DNA from: Raillietiella orientalis
Taxonomy: Eukaryota
DNA length: 64,000 bases
Assembly (NCBI GenBank): GCA_036172245.1
Contig: JAYWIR010000051.1
Coordinates: forward strand, 806,001 to 870,000
Reading direction: 5' to 3'
Shown here: piece by piece, positions 11,150 to 23,300 of the stretch
How the letters are laid out: the number at the start of each line of letters is the position of its first letter
Numbering within the stretch: position 1 is the first letter of the stretch
Position numbers and translations under genes: made by a program
Notes under the pieces: generated by a model
The model's database searches: none
Told to the model about the DNA's origin: nothing
The model's input: only the letters and a program-made list of their open reading frames with translations

Positions 11150-12150
11150 GATCAAACAGCTGCACACGCGGCGTGGGGGAGCACCGGAATCAGGACGTCC
11201 ATCGTCCCCGGGAAGCGAGGCAGGGAGGGCCACCAGCTCCCCGTTTCGGGGGTCTCTGCCCACAATCCCGGAGGTGTCCTCTTTGGTTGCGGGGCGAGCA
11301 GGCGAGGCCATCTCACTACCAACCTCGTCGTGGATGAGTCGAGGATCCATCCACACGGGATGCTGGACAGTGATCGCCGGTGTCGTACCGTCGAGGACCG
11401 CTTTCGTACCTCCCCTCCCCCTCCGTGCGCGGGCGGGCGTCCCGCTCCTAAAACCTTCGAACTCCGAGACCGTCACCGACCCGCTTCTGCTGCCTGGCCG
11501 ATGCGGCACGGAAGAACCGCCGCACCACCAGCTGCTGAGGAAAGTCTCCCCTTTCTCCTTCCCCTTCCTTTCCAGGTGCGGGAGGCCTGCGCTGCCGCTT
11601 TCTGCCGTCTGTTGAAGGGCAACTCGCAGTCCGAAACCTGGCAGGTGCGGGGGCGATTCGGTCGGCGCTGGCACCGTGTGGGGATGGGTTGATCCCTCGT
11701 CCTGTGGCGCCGGAGTTAGCCTCGGGGGGAAACCTCGGTGCAAGGAGAGCGTCGCCACTGAGGGGGAAGCACTGGACCGACCGAGAGTATGGTGTGGACC
11801 ACGAGTACGTCCTAGTGGACTCCCGCCCTCCGACGCAGTCCTTGGAGGCACTCGCTGCCACCTCTTCTCTTCCCTCTGCTTTCTCCGGGCTGGAGTGCTG
11901 TCGAGCTCGCACTTGATGGATGACCTCTCTTTCTTCTCAGCATGCGTGGACGCGCCCTGGACAAGTTCGCCTCACCACTTTCCTTTTCCTTCCCTTTCGT
12001 CTCCTCCCTCCTCTTCCCTACCCTTCCCCCATGTTCTGCGTGCCCACGTCTTCCCTGAAGGATGCTGACCTTCGGGTCGAAGTTCTCCAATGCACTTCTT
12101 GGCTGCATTCTTACGCTTCGTGTGTTTTATTTTACGAACGTAAATAAATG
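11150..12150 (+). mobile_element. Decayed Penelope-like element, 3' half, with hammerhead-like terminus
   Basis: SSLVAGRA; SSCGAGVSLG (~IPCSCGASYIG); KHWTDREYGVDHEYVLVDS (~EHAW..GH.IDW..V); pyrimidine tract; CTGAAGGA..GACC-TTCG-GGTC-GAAG at 12055-12082; AATAAA at 12143. Confidence 0.6.
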
Positions 12151-12799
12151 TCCCGGCGTGACGGGGTCGGCAGCAACAAGGAATCGAGAGATGTGGGGTG
12201 GAAAATCCTTCCCGGCATCCCCCTAATTTTTGAAACTAATTCTGTTCGAGTCGGAAAGGAAAGACGACATCGGTTCCCCCTGCGGAGGCCGGTGAAAATC
12301 CCAGGAACCCGTCCCATCCTGGCGAGCACGGAAAGGGTCTTCTTCCTGGAAGAGAGAATCCCTTCCCCTCCCTTTTTGCGTCCAGGTCCGCCAGGAAAGG
12401 TTCCTGACCTGGTGCTGATCAGGAACCTTTCCTGGGATGGCGCCCGACTCGCCGTCGGATGCGGGAGGGGCAGGCGAGGCGCGGCGCGGAAGCTCAGAGT
12501 TCCGTGGACCGCCTCGCTCGATGAACCACGCGCGCGTGGTCACTCAACGCTTGAGAGCAGGCAAGAAGCTGCTTGGAGCGGCTCCTAGGAAAAAAAAGGC
12601 CGAACGGAACGGGGAGGGGAGAGCCAGTCCAAGCGGGGAAGGAACGCGGTGGGAGTGGAATTTTAATAGCGTCAAGGACGATGGGAGCCCCATTGAAAAT
12701 TCTCCAGCGTGAAGGAAAAGCGGGAGTGCAGGAACTGCAACTTCATGCCTCTTGGATACCGAGCAGTACCGCATTCCTGATCACTGAAAGGCTCCCGAA

Positions 12800-13240
12800 C
12801 AAAGGAACCCGGCGGGGGGAGAGTCAGCGGTGCGTTCCGACGCTCAGAAGTGGGTAGGAGACGTAGCGGCGGAGTTGCGTATTTCGCTCCCGGGCAACTA
12901 CATGCTTCCCACCGGAGCGGTGGCATTCCGTTTCGGCAAGCCATTTCGTCATCCCCTCCCGGGCACTTGCGGACTCCAGAGCTGGAGGGAACTCCAGAGA
13001 GAGGTATCAGGGCTGCCCATGTCGGGCTCCACGATTCTCCTGGCCTCTGACCACGAAGTTGACCCAGGCCACTGAGGCCGAGGTTGGCAGAGCACTGCGC
13101 CTCCACGTCCGCTCTCAGACGAAGCCCGTCGGGCCGTGAGCGAAGCGGTCGAGTCCACCATTCGTCTGAGGTGACTCGAGGTAGGGTGTCCACCGCATCC
13201 AAAGGGAAAGCCAGCGACCCTGCCTGACCGATCGGCGTCT
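12800..13240 (-). mobile_element. Penelope-like RT fragment
   Basis: SLAFPLDAVDTLPRVTSDE (~LVSFDVVSLFTNVPVDE) followed by LRGQ and DMGSP (~AMGSPLSP). Confidence 0.45.
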
Positions 13241-16174
13241 TGCAAAGGGAAATGTTCCCCTCGAAAACCATGGAAACGGGGAAGAGTGCACCGCAGACGA
13301 ATCTCAACAAACCCGATTACAGACGGTGTTCAAAGAGCCTTTCCTCTTCTGGCATGACCCCACACGTCAAGAAGGTTCCCGTCTCCTGCTGCAGCTTGTC
13401 CCTCAGTGATCTGCCAAACTTTCTGGAATCCCATCTTCCCCCCCTCCCCCACACTTTTTTTTTTGCCTTGCAATCCTGCCAACAGAAGTTCCACTGCGCG
13501 GCCGCTTTCCTTTCTTCCCTCTTCCTGTTTTTCTCGCAAATCCGCAGCGGAATGAGCCGAGCGTGGTATCCTCATGCACGTGCAATACGCAGATGGAAGA
13601 CGACTGAAAGTACATTTGCGCAGAATCTACGAAACGCAGGCAACACTCGCCTCGGCGACCGGCGCAGGGGGCACCGGAAAGGGGAATCTCCGAATCGCGT
13701 GAGGAAACTCATTCCACTGAATCACTCCTCCCGATGAAGCACGTGGGATGGAGTGTGCCCTGCAAGACTTGGGTCCTGACGCAGACCTCCCTGGTGGCAT
13801 TCGTCTGTGCGAACGGAGGCCTTCCTGCTCGACTGGCGGATCACAATGAAAGGAATAAAACGCGAGGGAACTTGGAAGAAAGTAGAGAAGGCCGCTGGAT
13901 CCAGGATCTCTTGTCAGAGATTCTGTTCAATGCCATTCGTGGTGTTCCATCAAGGTTAGCGGTGTCGTATACGGGCAAATGGCGAGGATTTCTACGCAAC
14001 GGGCTAGAGGATGAGAAAGTATCATGGCGAGGCGGATATAGAGTTGATTAGGATGTCTGCGTGGAGAATCAGGTAATTACAAGGGAAGGAGGTATAATTA
14101 TGGGGTTGGTGAAAGAGCAGAAGAGGGATGACGTTGCAATTAGTAACATGCAAAGCGACTAATACTGTCTAAAGGAAAGTTGATATTTTAAGTACTGATT
14201 GGGTTCAGGATGGTTAGGAAAAAAAAAAAAAAGAACTAGCAAAAACAAGCTGAAAATGTCTTTCCCGTTTTCTTTTCCGCTCAGAAGAGAAACTACGATG
14301 CCTGCACTTCATTCTCTCACGAGAAAAAAGAAACATTTCAGTAGACGGAAAAATTCTCGATTCTTTTCCACGTTGAACAGTTCCCAGGCAAGAGTCCTGC
14401 CTTTTGATCGAGGACTGTTCACCGACTAAACTGAATGGCACATCTGAACCCTTGATCCTACGCGCCCTCTGAGTCTTTCGCACGTTAACCCTTTCTACGA
14501 GGAGAAAAAGAAACAGGAATGAAGAAACGAAGGGACCATCTACATTTGACAAACTCCCTCCGCATAAGCCCCAAAGCGTAATCTATCAGCAACATTTGTA
14601 CGTACATATACATCCACAAGCAATTTTTATCCTAGCCGGATGCCTGCTTCGGTTTTCCCGACTTTGACGTTCTACTGTATGGAAAACGAGCAGGGAAATT
14701 TACAAGAAAAAGGAAAAGAATGACGACGCTGTTTCGTGATTTCCTCCAGAGGCACGTAAGAACACGCGGAGTTAAATTCTTTGATTTCGCGATGAGACCC
14801 TTTGATTCATGGGGACGCACTGGCGTTTCCGTTTCGCTGTGCAATCCGGCTGGAAGTTGTGCACTGTCGTGTTCCGTGTTCCGCGCCGGCGGCACACTTT
14901 GGCTATAAGAACTCTCTCTCTCTCTGCCCATAGTCGTGCATCGAGACGTTGCCACTGCTTCATGAACTGGCCGAGGTCACGGACGGTGAAGCTGCATCAA
15001 AGGAGCACGCAAAGGGGAATCGTTCCCTAGGGAGGAAGCAGATCGAGATCACAAGGGAAAACCGAGAAAACACATCTCTGCTGCATCGTCAAAAACTCCA
15101 GCGCACTTTTGACACAAATGTTCTTCGACGAAATCGCCTGCGACCGTTTGTGCCAGCAGCGTTGTACGACACGCCTAGCAACGGAAACTCAGCTTTCGCC
15201 GTCATCTTCTCACTGTACCATCATAGACACATTCATGACCGGCTTTTGAAAACATAACACGATGCAGAAAGTACATGGGAACCAAATCGTGCGTTACAGA
15301 GCCAGCTCCGTTAGGAATTATGGAGCTGTTGACTGGAATTTTCACATCATCTAATGGTACAAAAATCAGTGTTGTTGTCCCGTATGCTTTTATCCCGTTA
15401 CTAAAATAAAGCACATAGGACTCTGAATTTTATAGGCTTGCAAACTCATAAAAAGTGATCATGAGCGGGTAACCCATGGAAAATTCACTTAAAAGGACCT
15501 CAATGGCGTCTCGAGAATTGTTGCCACGGAACTGGAGAAAACGATCAGGTCTTATAGAAATACGGCAAATCTTTGTATTTGCCATCCTCTCTTGCTTTAT
15601 ACTCAACCCTTTTTGGGATTTATTTCATTACCAGCAATTAAGAATGAAAAGTGGCCCCTTCCTGAGAAAGGAAAGCACTGAAGCCCTTCCAAGTTTTCGA
15701 GCATTTCTGTAAGTATGCATATGCGTACATCATGCCAACGAAGAGGATGAAACCACATTTGGAAACAAAGTTCATCGTGATTGCTGGAAAAGCATCCACA
15801 ACTTGCATAAAAAGCTGCTTCCATGACATGTTAAGTTAAGCCATGACTTATTCTGCGGGAGTATTACCTCATGTCTAATAGAATCATAATACTCTTTATT
15901 GTTTATTAGATTAGGAAACATATTTATCATTTCTTGTTTCATTGCACCACTCATATTGTGTGATGATTTGCATTTTTCATTCCTTTGTCAAATGTACATC
16001 GCCACATCCATCAAGCATCATATACACTGAGATTCTCATACACGCACATAACATTGTGCATCATCCAATCACACAAACAAAATCATAGGGAGTGGGAGTA
16101 CAGATGGAAGATTTTTCGAAAAGAATTTCAGCGAAACAAATCGGATCTTTTTATCTTTTATGTAACATCAATCA

Positions 16175-16279
16175 AATGCAATTATTACTGCACTGTACAA
16201 ATACAGCACTGTACTCTATGTAACCATACAAATTTGGGAACTAGAAGATATTTTCTATCAATGCAATTATTACTGCACT
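16175..16279. repeat. Exact 20-bp direct repeat AATGCAATTATTACTGCACT (16175-16194 and 16260-16279) in the SREBP 3' UTR
   Basis: Read directly from the sequence; each copy is nearly self-complementary. Confidence 0.9.
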
Positions 16280-16294
16280 CCCACCATAAGAACT

Positions 16295-19200
16295 TTAAGA
16301 ACAGCCTGCTACTCTTATGCATTTTAACATAAGATAACATTCTTGTGCTTTGCTCTTATCTTCAATGGTTTCTGCTATTTTTGCAGCTTGAGATAGCATG
16401 CCTGCAACTTCTCCCATTGAACCTAAGCAGGTTGGAGGGAGATACCTGCAAGCAACCAGAAGAGCTTCTGACTGGTCACGAGAGTGTGTACTTGAGTTGA
16501 CTTCTGCAGAAATAATATTTTTAGATACTTAAAAGCAGTTCAATCCTACACATACGTTTCCCACAGATCAAAGAACGCTGGAAGCACTGATGCAGTGATC
16601 TGTTTAAGATATGCTGTATACGGCATGGGTTGGAACCGGCAATCACTCTCTGGATTGCTTCACAGGTAGATAACCTGGGCCAGACTAGCTACAGCAGCAT
16701 CGAACAAGAGCTTCCTATAAATAGGTGCAGAACTCACAGGGAAAGTTGCAGCTAAACTGCGCAACATACTGAGGCCATCCTGGTAACAACTCAGTACCTT
16801 GGATTCCAAACTATTGTCAGAATCCCAGATCTTGAGCAGCGTTCCAAGAAGAAAATCCAGGGATAGCAAAAAGACTGCCTGGAGAAAACACTGTGATTCC
16901 ATGGAAGCAAACGGAAATATACTTGAGCCATGCTCAGTGGAGCCATTTCTGACAACTGCAAAAGACATTCCTGCAGCAGAGTCATAGCCTTGACACACTG
17001 GGCCAGCACTTTAGGTAGATCCCTGGTCAGAAGTAACTGATGGGCCTCCAATGCATGGAAAAAGCCATGCAATAACTGTTCGTCTTCCAAAGCAGTCATC
17101 CGCAAAAAACTAAGTGGTTCCTCAGCTTGTTGCTCTTTGTTCAGGAACTGAAGGCTTGCAGCACTCAGAGCCCAATACCAATGCATGCTTTCTGATGTTT
17201 ATAATCAAGAATGCATATTAAGATCAATTTACTTACTGTGGTCCTGCTGGCCATCCTCTTTTTGCAGCAGTTGACAATTTTCTTTCAACAAGAGTAAGTA
17301 AGTGGGCACATCAGATAAAACAGCACGACGAAGAAGCTTGCGATCACATGGATCTCTTACACAATGACCAGGGTGCACTAATGTGTACAATGAACGTTCA
17401 AGCAAATGCTCTCGGTATAGTTGCATGATGTATGCCAAGGGATCTGATGAGATAGCTAGACTGCTAAATAAAGAAGGCGTCATTCTGCTGTAATCCCATT
17501 CATGAGAAATCAGGAATAAGTTGCCAGCCTCAGAATTCATCCACTGAAGAGCAGCACCAGGAAGAGGTCCCAACTGTTGTGCTTTTCTCAAAAAGTACCT
17601 GATAAGGAGATTGAAAAATTCAAGCATTCTTTGATATGAGTTTGAAATACCTTTCCACCAAAAATAAGCCTCGCAAACTGTGCTTGATACGCAAAGAAGC
17701 CAACAGGTAGATTCTGGCCAACTGAGAAGGCTGAATATGTGTTTGGCTCATTTCAGCATAATTTATAGCAGCCAAACACAAGCCCATTGATGAAACATGG
17801 CAACCTCTTAGATGCCCTAGAAGATGTAGCTCATGCAATCGGTGATATGCAAGAGCTAAATTGGCAAGGTTTTGTCTCAAGGCTTCCTTTTTATTTCTGC
17901 TTACTCTTTGATGAGTAGTTTACAAAAATTTGATACTCACCTATCCAAGAACAGTCCTCCAGTAAACAAGGCCAGCCACTGTCCTATGTACAATCGATGG
18001 GCACATTGACGCATTAAATGCCACAAGAAGAAGGAAAAACGCTCCAAAGTAGTAGCTGGCAAGGGATGCATGCATGCCTGCAGGTATTGATGCAGCTGCT
18101 GAATTTCGGCTTCAAGATTTGTATGCTCCGACAGAGAAACTTCAAAGGGTGTAGAGAAAATCACGGGTTCTCCATACACCAGGAGCACAGCCAACAGAAG
18201 TGAAAATAGAAACAAACGTACACCCATCCCTGCTAGATGGAGCTGATCACTTTGCCTATCTTACTTATTGAAGTAACAACAGGGCACTTACTAAAACAGC
18301 ACTCACTTACTCACACTTAACAAAACTCTGCTCACAGGATGACTCTGGTGATCAGGATGATTGATGTGAGGGACCCAATAGCCCAAAGGATTAAATACTA
18401 ACAGCAAAGCAGCAAACATTATCAGGCCCACTTTTCCTTTCTCTGTTTTACTCATTGCTTTCTTTGGTACAGGACAGATTTCCTATTTCTCCCCTAATTT
18501 TTCTTACAACTGGATTACCTTGCTTACCAAGTCTTCCTGCGAGGAACCCCTTGTTTTAGGACTTCCATCTTCAGAATGAGGTGGAGTAAGATCTGCTTGT
18601 GGATAACCCTGCAGCTCCAGACGAAGGCGACAGTTATCTTGTCTAAGCAGCCGAATGGTATCTATAGCCTTTTGCAGAACCATTGATTTGCTGACCTTAA
18701 TAATCCTGTGCACCTACCCCAGTCTTCCAACCATTACCGAGCTCACCTTGGCTTCTGGACCCAGAAGCATGATTTTCAATTCCAAAATCTTGTCATTAAT
18801 GCTACTTCGATACTTCCTTTCAATAGCATTGTGCATACTCTGACGCCGCTGTTGGCCTAAGCGTAAGTCTTGCTCAAGAATGGGATGAGTGCGATTGAGA
18901 GGCAACTTATCTGCCTCTACCATCACTGGAAGCACTATGTTGGTGGTCAATGGATTGCTGGCAGACAGAGTCAACACAGGTAAAGCATTCGATTGTTGAA
19001 GGCAGAAAGAAGGAAGAGGATTAAGAGTGGACACACTGCAAATTGTTGGAATGGACAAAGTGGGCTGAAACAGAGACAAGCTTATTCACATAAGTATGAA
19101 ATTTTTGGTTAGCACCTGAGAAACTGAACCAGCAGGACTGTGACTAGAGTTTAACTGATCCACCACATGGCCTGCAGTCGCTTTATTGATTACATCCTGC

Positions 19201-19529
19201 TTCATTCCACATGGTGTCATATTCAAATTCCCATCTGCATTTGTAGCACTGCCATTATAAACAATGGATTTCTTTGGTTCATTGTTTTCTGCATAAGATG
19301 TAAAGCTGCCATGTGCATTAGCAGGCAGATCACATTGCAAATCATTATCATTTATAAAATCGAAAAGCAAATCAGATCCCAACAAGTTCTCTAATTCTGT
19401 ATCTGGCTCATCCAAAAAATTTATTTTTGAACATTGGGAATAATCTAGGAACTTGGTTGCTTGATCTCCACAGAACGACACCATGTTCTTGCTATTTTCA
19501 GTGTAACTGGGATAGTACTTCCAGGCCAT
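16295..19529 (-). CDS. SREBP: Sterol regulatory element-binding protein (bHLH-ZIP membrane-bound transcription factor), ~916 aa, 11 exons
   Basis: b[19 protein letters not shown] with the SREBP-specific Tyr; acidic N-terminus; TM1 ending in NP; luminal RVLL (S1P site RxxL); TM2-[25 protein letters not shown]-terminal ACRYLPP..GMLSQAA. Introns: 19065-19115, 18696-18746, 18483-18527, 18256-18306, 17897-17940, 17599-17650, 17192-17236, 16879-16922, 16689-16737, 16504-16555. Spliced length 2751 nt is in frame. Start could be 19484 or an upstream exon. Confidence 0.95.
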
Positions 19530-20399
19530 TATCGCTTGATTTTGGAATTTCACGTAAAATTTCACAAGAAATACGAGCGAGATGCATTATACGCTTAACT
19601 GAAACAAGAAGCTCATATTCTGGAAAGAAAAAAAAAGAAAGGAAAAAACGGGGGCATGTACATCATATAAGTTTGATGTGCCGAGAATTCACTGACTGGT
19701 TCAAAAATCCAAACGGAACCCCCCCCCCCTCACCAAAAGCAATTCCCGCCAGACTTACGGAGTGCAACGGTAGGGGAAAACAGGAGATGCACGCATCACC
19801 CTGAAAGGCTCCGAGTCGCTGCTACACCACGCTATCAGTGATGGCTCAAATTCGATAAGAGCATTTCATTTTTATCTCCGAAACCTAAACCAGTCACTCC
19901 CGCTCCCGCCGTGATTCCTTTCGGGAACCGTCCGGGAATTCACGAAGGCGGCCTGCGGAGAAGCTCGCGCGGGACGACGCAGAAGGAAGGGGTGCACCCG
20001 CACACACCACGTGCAGCACGCTCAGCTTCTTGCAAGTTGTCTGTTGTAGAGCAGGTGAAGAAAACATCAGGAACCAAACGTGAACGTACTGACGTTTCAT
20101 GTGTGGCAGGAAAATATTTATTTTCCATGACAAGCGTCCAAACACTTGTTGATAAAGCAGAGCCTTCGCGTGCATTGGGGAATGCCACTGGGACTCCACC
20201 GACGGTGGACTGACAGCTCTTGTTAACACGGTGTCCAGAGATCAGCAGTAACCACAGTCGGGTTAAACGAAATTTTCAAATAATAATTGCCAGCCTGCTA
20301 TCCGCTAGTTTATCTCCACGTTAATTTCTAATGTAACAAAAATTAGGAGGACGTTCTGCTAACCACTCACTGCGATGCTTTGAACCGTACCATTTCATG

Positions 20400-23300
20400 A
20401 AGATAACGCATTCTTTACCTTGTAGCTTCACAAAATGGGATAAATATTTATATTGAACAATAAGTCCTAATAAATGAATAATAAATGCTGAAATTCACAA
20501 GACAGAATATTGCCTGCAAAGCATCACGAGAATTAATATCTTCAAATTCTAGATTTTCAACTCGATGAAAAATCATTCCTCGTGAAATACAGAAATTTTC
20601 GTCCCTGTGGATTCATTTTGATGATCTCATCTTCAATATTTAATGATTTCTAATGATCACATTTAAATTCCTTTTAAAATAGCAAAGTTTCTTTCCCAGG
20701 GGTGTTTTTAACAAACTGTGCATCTGCAGCCAAAAATAAAACTAGATGTGGAAAACAAGTTATTCTCTCTTCACATGCAACTATTAAGCAGTTAGTCTTA
20801 TCATAATCTGAAGTCCTGCTGAAAACATATACTACCTTGAAATTTAAAACTATGCTATCGTGAAATTTTGAAATTTTAAGATAACAGGAAAAGTAGAACA
20901 TGCATACACATCATTTACCATGAGGCAGCATCAATTCGGCGCTGTAATATAATTCATGACTTGTATTCAGTTATTCCATCCACGCTAGGCAAAAAGGCAT
21001 AGATAAAAAGTCAACAGTGCTTCCAAGAGTCATCTTGTGTTAGTTTTTCAGTCGAAGGAAGTACGGATCAACGATGTACATCCTTGCATAGTGAAGCTTG
21101 TTTCAATGGTGGAGAAGTAGGATTCAACCAGAAGTATGAATGAAGCGCTTACCTTTTTTTTTCATCTCTTACTTATGTAGGCCACGCAAGATCCGATTTT
21201 TTCCCGTCTTGCCCATTTCTCCCTCCGCAAAAAGATTCAATAAACATTTCGCACATTCCTCGAACTCCGCTTCATTTTGTTCGAAATTCTGAACACTTCA
21301 GCGAGAAACATAGGGATACTTTTAAAATGCTCATCCGTTTCCGGAAGAAAGCTTTAAGTAGGAAAAGAAACCTAGTTCAATGAAAAAATGAAGTTCTTTT
21401 TCTGAGCCGCCCGTTTCTTGAATAAGGAAATTTCCTTAAAATATCTCACAGCCTCACGTTGCTGCACAATTAGATAGGGAAATATTAGGGTATGTTCATT
21501 TTGCCACACGTTTTACTAAAAGTTATGTGAATGTTGAAGACAGTGTTATGAAAAGCATAGTTAGAACAGAGTAGAACATTCTTTCCTTGTTGTTCAGCAC
21601 TTATGAGGAGTAAAGAGAAGAAAAGAAACCTGTCACAGAAGGATTTAGCAGAAACAAATCCATGCTTCAGAAGTTAGATTATGAAATGCAGATCACAAAT
21701 GAGGAAGGATTGTCGGTCCTTAGTAATCATCCACCACGGTTTGTAACTCCCGAATTCCAAATTTGTGTGAATTTTAAGCCATCAATGTTAACTGTCAACA
21801 GTACCATAATTCCATCTTTCTCTTTCCTGCTTATCTATCACGCGCAGTTTCGTATATTTGGCAGGCTCTTAACAAGCTTAGAAAAGCTTCAAAATCAAGC
21901 CAACTAAATGCGCAGCCTGCACAAGAGAATTCAATTTATCCTCCTCTCTTGATATCTTCTGACTTTCTTGACTAAAAAAACACACATTTTTTATACATTC
22001 AAATAAATTTAACCAAATGACCTGATATGAGGATTTGTGGCATCCACGTAAGGGCTGTCGACGTTCTCCACACTGCTTTTCGAAATATCAACTCCAACTT
22101 TCCATAATTTTTTCCTCAAAGTGTGCTTTGTAAACACATTAGAAAATTCTGTATTTAAGTTTGCGCCCGATCAGAATGAATCAAACGACTTCAGTGGAAA
22201 TTAGGAAACAAATGATAACACAAGGAGGTACGCAGTTTTCTGCTTTTTTCACTCACTTCCAGAAGCTAGGAAAATTGAACTGGAACAAAATCGAACAAAA
22301 TGTTAATCGTGGTCACCGCGGAGACGCAAGTATGAAATGGAAATGGCAATATTTTCTACATGTTAACAGCCATAGTCTAGTCGATTCTTATCCTGATCTA
22401 CATTGGAATTCCAAGCCACAACCTCATCCTAGAAGCAAGAATTTCTTGTGAGGAATAGGCCGTCTGCATGCTTTGCGGTCGGACAAGGACCTATGGCCTT
22501 TAGAGGGTGCAAAGGCATCCTTTAAATGAAAAATAGCGGGACAAGAATAGATCCCAAAGCAAACTTCTTAATAGGGGAAAGAGAAAACAAAGACAGAAAA
22601 GTGTTTGAATACAAACAAATTTCGCCAAGTAATGAAAACGAATAACCCGTTGGAAATGAGACTTCAACAACACAAAAGGGAGGGAAAATGTGCCTGTTGA
22701 TCATTTCAAGATGGAATCATTGAAGCTAGGGGTTGATATAGTCAGTTAAACTCCGCTGGCATAGAACAAACCACTCAAAACAAAAACAAAATCAAAAAAC
22801 TGATTACTATTATGGAAAATGCACCTCCAAAAAGCATAAAACTAAGTATCTTACCAGGTGATGTATGTAGATTGGAGCTCAAAGAGACCTTATCTGGTAG
22901 ATATGGCAGCAACGACTTGAGCGTTGTGATCATTGCAATAACCGTCGCTGACAACACTTAATGCTCCACAGTTTCTGCTTTCTTCAGATCAGTATTATCA
23001 GAGAAATTCTGAAAGTGCACTGAAATCCGAATGTGCCTCGTTCGAAGCACCATACAGTCGATGTTTTCCGCTTTCTCTAGGGTAGGGGGAAGAGAAACAG
23101 TACGGGCTGGAGTGCTTCTAAGCCCAAGGTGCATCAACATTTTAAGATAGCCAACTTTTTCTTTTAGCCGGTGGCAAAAATTATTCAAATATACATAATT
23201 ACTTAGGGATCACAGGAATGTAAGCGTGTAGCTGCTTGGAATGGCTTGCATATGAGTTTGTTGACTTTTTTTTTTTTTGCTTGTTTGTAGTGCAGGTAGA

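Noticed and set aside
14640..15830. RT-like FFDFAMRPFDS peptide and exon-like + strand segments
   Set aside because: A single motif with no other RT motifs in order, and no consistent spliced model.
19794..19804. SRE-like ATCACCCTGA upstream of SREBP (autoregulation)
   Set aside because: Imperfect 10-mer with no supporting evidence.
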